DNA of 64,000 nucleotides from Alphaproteobacteria bacterium (GTDB lineage Bacteria > Pseudomonadota > Alphaproteobacteria > MPNO01). Below the pieces are notes generated by a model. That model was given only the letters and a program-made list of their open reading frames with translations, ran no database searches and was not told where the DNA came from. A program made the position numbers and the translations under genes. Below, in pieces: positions 58,815-64,000 of the stretch. The stretch covers positions 1,696,001-1,760,000 of the forward strand of contig OZ219866.1 in NCBI GenBank assembly GCA_964291675.2, in the 5' to 3' direction. The stretch's first letter is position 1. Every line of letters begins with the position of its first letter.

Positions 58815-59723
58815 ATGTGCGGCATCGTCGGATTGTTCTTCAAGAACCCCGCGCTCCGGGACCAGCTCGGCACCCGGTTCGCGACGATGCTCGCCGGCAT
58901 GGCGGATCGCGGTCCCGACAGCGCCGGGCTGGCGGTGTTTCACGACCCGGTCCCCGAGCCCGGCTGCAAGCTCACGCTGTTCGCGGCCCGGCCGGAGCAT
59001 GACTGGAACGCGCTCGGCGAAGCGCTCGCCGCCGCGCTGGGCGCCGCGCCGGACATCGAGGTGCGGTCGAACCACGCCGTGCTGCGCATCGCCGGAACCG
59101 CCCGCCGCGCGGTCGAGTGGCTCGCCGCCGAGCGGCCGGACATCCGGGTCATGGGCTATGGGCGGCTGATCGAGGTGTTCAAGGACAAGGGCCTGCCGGG
59201 CGAGATCGCCCGGCGTTTCGGGGTGGGCGGGATGAGCGGCACCCACGCCATCGGACACACCAGGATGGCGACCGAGAGCGCGGTGACGACGGAGCACTCG
59301 CACCCCTTCATCGCGGCCGACGATGTCTGCCTGGTGCATAACGGCTCGCTCAGCAACCACAACCGGCTGCGGCTGTGGCTGCAGCGGCGCGGGCTCGAGT
59401 TCGAGTCCGACAACGACACCGAGGTCGCCGCGCGCTACTTCGCCCACCGCCTGGACGAGGGCGCCAGCCTCAAGGAGGCGATGGAGGCGGGGCTCGAGGA
59501 TCTCGACGGCTTCTACACCTTCGCGGTCGGCACGGCGGACGGCTTCGCGGTGCTGCGCGATGCGTTCGCCTGCAAGCCCGCCGTTCTCGCCGAGAACGAC
59601 GACTGGGTCGCGATGGCGTCCGAGTTCCGCTCGCTTGCCGACCTTCCCGGGTTAAACCGGGCGAAGATCTGGGAGCCCGAACCCGCGACCGCCTATATGT
59701 GGTCGCTGCAGGGCAGTGCATGA
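58815..59723 (+). CDS. glxB: Class II glutamine amidotransferase-like subunit (N-methylglutamate synthase A, MgsA)
   Basis: MCGIVG, RGPDSAG, GHTRMATES, HNGSLSN, NDTEV. Confidence 0.9.
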   Translation: MCGIVGLFFKNPALRDQLGTRFATMLAGMADRGPDSAGLAVFHDPVPEPGCKLTLFAARPEHDWNALGEALAAALGAAPDIEVRSNHAVLRIAGTARRAVEWLAAERPDIRVMGYGRLIEVFKDKGLPGEIARRFGVGGMSGTHAIGHTRMATESAVTTEHSHPFIAADDVCLVHNGSLSNHNRLRLWLQRRGLEFESDNDTEVAARYFAHRLDEGASLKEAMEAGLEDLDGFYTFAVGTADGFAVLRDAFACKPAVLAENDDWVAMASEFRSLADLPGLNRAKIWEPEPATAYMWSLQGSA

Positions 59724-60406
59724 CCGCAATCGACCTATCCGCCTGCTCGGTGCGCGAGCTCAACGCGCGGCTGCACGCGCTCGCCGCCGATACCAACGAA
59801 ACCGCGTGGCGCGTGACCGAGCCCAGGGGCGCGCATGCGGTGGCGGCCGGGCTCACCGTCCCGGTCTCGGTCGAGATCGACGGCCATGTCGGCTACTACT
59901 GCGGCGGGATGAACCAGGCGGCGGCGCTGACCGTCAACGGGCATTGCGGCACCGGGGTCGGAGAGAACATGATGTCGGGGACGGTGCGGGTGCGCGGCAA
60001 TGCCTCGCAATGCGCCGGCGCCTCGGCGCATGGCGGGCTGCTGGTGATCGAGGGCGACGCCGGTCCGCGCTGCGGCATCTCGATGAAGGGCGTCGACATC
60101 GTGGTCGGCGGCTCGGTCGGCCATATGAGCGCGTTCATGGCGCAGTCGGGCAATCTGGTGGTCTGCGGCGACGCCGGCGAGGACCTCGGCGACTCGATCT
60201 ACGAGGCGGCGATCTATGTCGGCGGCGCGACCGGACGGCTCGGCGCCGACTGCGTCGAGAAGGAGATGACCGCGGAACACCGCGACCGCCTGTCCGCTCT
60301 CCTGGAAAAGGCCGGGATCGATTCCGACCCGGCGGCGTTCCGCCGCTTCGGATCGGCCCGCCGGCTGTACAATTTCCATGTCGACAACGCGGACGCCTAT
60401 CGATGA
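59720..60406 (+). CDS. glxC: GXGXG-domain subunit (N-methylglutamate synthase B, MgsB)
   Basis: GHVGYYCGGMN, ENMMSG, RCGISMKG, GDSIYEA, GSARRLYNF. Confidence 0.9.
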   Translation: MTAIDLSACSVRELNARLHALAADTNETAWRVTEPRGAHAVAAGLTVPVSVEIDGHVGYYCGGMNQAAALTVNGHCGTGVGENMMSGTVRVRGNASQCAGASAHGGLLVIEGDAGPRCGISMKGVDIVVGGSVGHMSAFMAQSGNLVVCGDAGEDLGDSIYEAAIYVGGATGRLGADCVEKEMTAEHRDRLSALLEKAGIDSDPAAFRRFGSARRLYNFHVDNADAYR

Positions 60407-61719
60407 GCGTAGACCGCCGCGCGCTGCGCCCGTCCGCCACCTTCCCCGACCGCGTGCTGGCCGAGATCCACCGCGCCGCCGACCAGGGCGTCTACGAGAT
60501 CCGCGGCTTCGGCACCAAGCGCCATCTGCCGAGCTTCGACGACCTCTTGTTTCTCGGCGCGTCGATGTCGCGCTACCCGCTTGAAGGCTATCGCGAGCGC
60601 TGCGACACCGACGTGGTGCTCGGCGACCGCTTCGCCTCCAGGCCCGTCGAGCTCGCCATCCCGATCACCGTGGCGGGGATGAGCTTCGGCGCGCTCGGCG
60701 CCAACGCCAAGGAGGCGATCGGCCGGGCCTGCACCGCGATGGGCACCAGCTCGACCACCGGCGACGGCGGCATGACCGAGGAGGAACGGCGCTCCTCCAA
60801 GACCCTGGTCTATCAGGTCCTGCCCTCGCGCTACGGCATGAACCCCGACGATCTGCGCCGCGCCGATGCGATCGAAATCGTCGTCGGGCAGGGCGCCAAG
60901 CCCGGCGGCGGCGGCATGCTGCTCGGCCAGAAGATCACCGAGCGGGTGGCCGCGATGCGCGACCTCCCGGTCGGCATCGACCAGCGCAGCGCCTGCCGCC
61001 ACCCCGACTGGACCGGCCCCGACGACCTGACGATCAAGATCCAGGAGCTGCGCGAGATCACCGACTGGGAGAAGCCGGTCTACGTCAAGATCGGCGCGTC
61101 CAGGCCGCAATTCGACGTCCCGCTCGCGGTCAAGGCGGGCGCCGACGTGATCGTGCTCGACGGCATGCAGGGCGGCACCGCCGCGACCCAGGACGTCTTT
61201 ATCGAGCATGTCGGCATTCCCACCCTGCCGGCGGTGCGCCGGGCGGTCGAGGCGCTGCAGGAGCTCGACATGCACCGCAGGGTGCAGCTCATCGTCTCCG
61301 GCGGCATCAGGACCGGCGCCGACGCCGCCAAGGCGCTGGCGCTCGGCGCGGACGCGGTGTCGATCGGTTCGGCGGCGATGGTGGCGCTCGGCTGCAATCG
61401 CCCGGTCCATCTCGAGGACTACCGCGCCATCGGCGCCGAGCCCGGCGCCTGCCATCACTGCCACACCGGCCGCTGCCCGGTGGGCGTGACCACCCAGGAC
61501 GCCGATCTCGAATCCCGCCTCGACCCGGAGCAGGGCGCGAGATGGCTGAGGAACTATCTGAGCGTGATGGTGCTGGAGCTCCAGACCATCGCCCGGGCCA
61601 ACGGCAAGAGCCACGTGCTCAACCTCGAGCCCGAGGATCTCGTCGCGCTCACCGTCGAGGCGGCGGCGATGGCGGGCGTGCCGCTCGCCGGGACCGACTG
61701 GATACCGGGCCGCGCGTGA
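60403..61719 (+). CDS. glxD: FMN-binding glutamate synthase-like subunit (N-methylglutamate synthase C, MgsC)
   Basis: GMSFGAL, GQGAKPGGGG, RHPDWTGPDDL, DGMQGGT, CHHCHTGRCPVG. Confidence 0.9.
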   Translation: MSVDRRALRPSATFPDRVLAEIHRAADQGVYEIRGFGTKRHLPSFDDLLFLGASMSRYPLEGYRERCDTDVVLGDRFASRPVELAIPITVAGMSFGALGANAKEAIGRACTAMGTSSTTGDGGMTEEERRSSKTLVYQVLPSRYGMNPDDLRRADAIEIVVGQGAKPGGGGMLLGQKITERVAAMRDLPVGIDQRSACRHPDWTGPDDLTIKIQELREITDWEKPVYVKIGASRPQFDVPLAVKAGADVIVLDGMQGGTAATQDVFIEHVGIPTLPAVRRAVEALQELDMHRRVQLIVSGGIRTGADAAKALALGADAVSIGSAAMVALGCNRPVHLEDYRAIGAEPGACHHCHTGRCPVGVTTQDADLESRLDPEQGARWLRNYLSVMVLELQTIARANGKSHVLNLEPEDLVALTVEAAAMAGVPLAGTDWIPGRA

Positions 61720-61747
61720 TGCGGCCGCATCTGGCAGGGAGAAGGAC

Positions 61748-63052
61748 ATGACCATCGATCTCGCCAAGGTGGCCGAGGACAAGGGCATCCGCTATTTCCT
61801 GATCAGCTTCGTCGATCTGTTCGGCGTGCTGAGGTCGAAGCTGGTGCCGGCGCGCGCCATCGCCGACATGCAGGTAGAGGGCGCCGGCTTCGCGGGTTTC
61901 GCCGCCTGGCTCGACATGACGCCCGCCGATCCCGACATGTTCGCCATCCCCGACCCGGAGAGCCTGATCCAGCTTCCCTGGAACCGCGAGGTGGGCTGGC
62001 TCGCCGCCGATCTGTGGATGAACGGCGCCCCGGTCGAAGCCTCGCCACGGGTGGTGCTGAAGCGCCAGGTCGAGCGCGCGGACGCCGCCGGATACCGCAT
62101 GAAGACCGGCGTCGAGTGCGAGTATTTCCTGCTCGCGCCCGACGAGGTGGCGATTTCCGATCCCCGCGACGTGCAGGAAAAGCCCTGCTACGACCAGGCC
62201 GCGCTGATGCGCCGCTTCGAGGTCATCGGCGAGATCTGCGACGCGATGATCGAGCTCGGCTGGAAGCCCTACCAGAACGACCACGAGGACGCGAACGGCC
62301 AGTTCGAAATGAACTGGGAGTACGACGATTGCCTGGTCACCGCGGACCGGCACGCCTTCTTCAAGTTCATGGTCAAGACGGTCGCCGAGCGCCATGGCTA
62401 CCGCGCGACCTTCATGCCCAAGCCCTTCGCCAACCTCACCGGCAACGGCTGCCACACCCATGTGTCGCTGTGGGACGCGGGCGGCCGCAACCTGTTCCTC
62501 GACGAAGACGGCGAGCTCGGGCTGTCGGGGCTCGCCTACAACTTCCTCGGCGGCATCGTCCACTCGGCGGACGCCTTCTGCGCGCTGTTCAACCCGGCGG
62601 TCAACAGCTACAAGCGGATCGACGCCACGGTGACGCTGTCGGGCGCGACCTGGTCGCCCAACGCGATCAGCTATTCCGGCAACAACCGCACCCACATGAT
62701 CCGCATCCCCGATTCCGGTCGTTTCGAGCTGCGGCTGATGGACGGGGCGGCCAACCCCTACCTGGCGCAGGCCGGCGTGCTCGCCGCCGGGCTCGACGGG
62801 ATCGAGAACGGGCGCGACCCCGGCAAGCGGCTCGACATCAACATGTATACCGAGGGCGACCGGCTGCGCCGCATCCGCCGGCTGCCGCTCAACCTGCTCG
62901 ACGCGCTCCGGCTGTTCGACAAGAACCGGGTGGCGCGGGCCGCGTTCGGCGACGAGTTCGTGGACAGCTACGTCAAGCTCAAGCTGGACGAGTGGCGCAG
63001 CTACGCCACCACGCTCTCGCAATGGGAGTTCGACCGCACGCTCGACGTCTAG
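61748..63052 (+). CDS. glnT: Type III glutamate-ammonia ligase / gamma-glutamylmethylamide synthetase (GmaS)
   Basis: RSKLVPA, GAGFAGFA, KPCYDQ, YQNDHEDANGQFE, TFMPKPF, NNRTHM; adjacent to glxBCD. Confidence 0.92.
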   Translation: MTIDLAKVAEDKGIRYFLISFVDLFGVLRSKLVPARAIADMQVEGAGFAGFAAWLDMTPADPDMFAIPDPESLIQLPWNREVGWLAADLWMNGAPVEASPRVVLKRQVERADAAGYRMKTGVECEYFLLAPDEVAISDPRDVQEKPCYDQAALMRRFEVIGEICDAMIELGWKPYQNDHEDANGQFEMNWEYDDCLVTADRHAFFKFMVKTVAERHGYRATFMPKPFANLTGNGCHTHVSLWDAGGRNLFLDEDGELGLSGLAYNFLGGIVHSADAFCALFNPAVNSYKRIDATVTLSGATWSPNAISYSGNNRTHMIRIPDSGRFELRLMDGAANPYLAQAGVLAAGLDGIENGRDPGKRLDINMYTEGDRLRRIRRLPLNLLDALRLFDKNRVARAAFGDEFVDSYVKLKLDEWRSYATTLSQWEFDRTLDV

Positions 63053-63077
63053 GGCTTGGCCGGCGCCGGCCGCCGCG

Positions 63078-64000
63078 ATGCCGCTGGGGCTGATCAAGTA
63101 CGGGCTCCCGGGCAGGCGGCGGGCGCGCCGTCCGCTGCCCTCCGCGGGGCGCCTCAAGACGCGCTACGACGTGGTGATCGTCGGCGCCGGCGGGCACGGG
63201 CTGGCCGCCGCCTACTACCTCGCCAGGGACCACGGGATCGCCGATGTCGCGGTGCTCGACAAGGGCTGGCTCGGCGGCGGCAACACCGCGCGCAACACGA
63301 CCATCATCCGCTCCAACTACCTGACCCCGGAAGGCGTGCGGTTCTACGACGAGTCGATCCGCCTGTTTCGCGGCCTGTCGGGCGAGCTCGATTTCAACAT
63401 CCTCTATTCCGAGCGCGGCCACCTGACGCTCGCCCATACCGACGCGGCGCTGCGCACCATGCGCTGGCGGGCCGAGGTCAACAAGCATCTCGGGGTCGAG
63501 TCCGAAATCGTCGACCTCGACGAGCTGGCGCGGCTCTGCCCGCCGCTCAACCTCGATCGCGGCGCGCGCTTTCCCATTCTCGGCGCGCTGCATCACAGGC
63601 CCGGCGCCATCGCCCGCCATGACGCGGTCGCCTGGGGCTACGCGATCGCCGCGGCGCGGCGCGGGGTCGAGATCCATCAACGGACGGAAGTCACCGGGAT
63701 CCTGACCGACAGGGGTCGCGTCACCGGGGTCGAGACGACGCGCGGGCGGATCGCCTGCGGCAGGGTCCTGCAGGCGGTCGCCGGATCGAGCCCGCTGCTC
63801 GCGGCGATGGCGGGGTTCCGCCTGCCCATCCGCACGGTGCCGCTCCAGGCCTGCGTGACCGAGCCGCTGAAACCCTTCCTCGATCCCATCGTGGTGTCGG
63901 GATCGCTCCACGTCTATGTCTCCCAATCCGCCCGCGGCGAGCTGGTGATGGGCGGAACCACCGACCCCTATGCGCTCTATGCGCAGCGCCCGACCCTCGA
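63078..64000 (+). CDS. SoxB-like FAD subunit, probably N-methylglutamate dehydrogenase MgdA (partial; runs off window)
   Basis: Manual translation MPLGLIKYGL...YDVVIVGAGGHGLAAAYYLARDHG...[20 protein letters not shown], open to the window end; follows gmaS. Confidence 0.85.
   Translation, partial: MPLGLIKYGLPGRRRARRPLPSAGRLKTRYDVVIVGAGGHGLAAAYYLARDHGIADVAVLDKGWLGGGNTARNTTIIRSNYLTPEGVRFYDESIRLFRGLSGELDFNILYSERGHLTLAHTDAALRTMRWRAEVNKHLGVESEIVDLDELARLCPPLNLDRGARFPILGALHHRPGAIARHDAVAWGYAIAAARRGVEIHQRTEVTGILTDRGRVTGVETTRGRIACGRVLQAVAGSSPLLAAMAGFRLPIRTVPLQACVTEPLKPFLDPIVVSGSLHVYVSQSARGELVMGGTTDPYALYAQRPTL

Noticed and set aside
1-64000. CRISPR arrays, tRNA or rRNA genes, integrases or transposases
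   Set aside because: No regularly spaced direct repeats, recognisable structural RNA genes or recombinase motifs were found by eye; a covariance-model search was not possible.

Overview
High-GC bacterial DNA, most likely an alphaproteobacterium, judged from the grpE-hrcA / rph-rdgB ... hemW-rsmI-yraN-gshB-comM gene order. The first ~11.9 kb is a co-oriented (minus-strand), visibly more AT-rich accessory cluster and is the most unusual part of the window. It encodes an MMPL/RND exporter, a truncated HlyD-like adaptor, two NHLM-type ABC transporters (one with an intact C39 peptidase) and two chimeric proteins. The first chimera is a nitrile-hydratase-like leader peptide (NHLP) fused to a class II terpene cyclase/prenyltransferase-like domain. 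The second is an AlkB-type membrane di-iron oxygenase fused to a catalytically degenerate GlnE-like nucleotidyltransferase domain; this gene is missing from the ORF track because it runs off the window edge. The rest of the window holds housekeeping genes interleaved with catabolic modules: sarcosine oxidase soxBDAG, a candidate N-heteroaromatic degradation cluster, a TctCBA transporter, tandem UbiD genes facing a Rieske dioxygenase, and the N-methylglutamate methylamine pathway (glxBCD/mgsABC, glnT/gmaS, mgdA-like). Two related MITEs with IS1380-like ends are present, one apparently inserted in the third codon of an alcohol dehydrogenase gene. There are also remnants of a sugar kinase and of a toxin-antitoxin pair. 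No rRNA, tRNA or CRISPR array was recognised. All family assignments come from motif recognition by eye; no database search was run.
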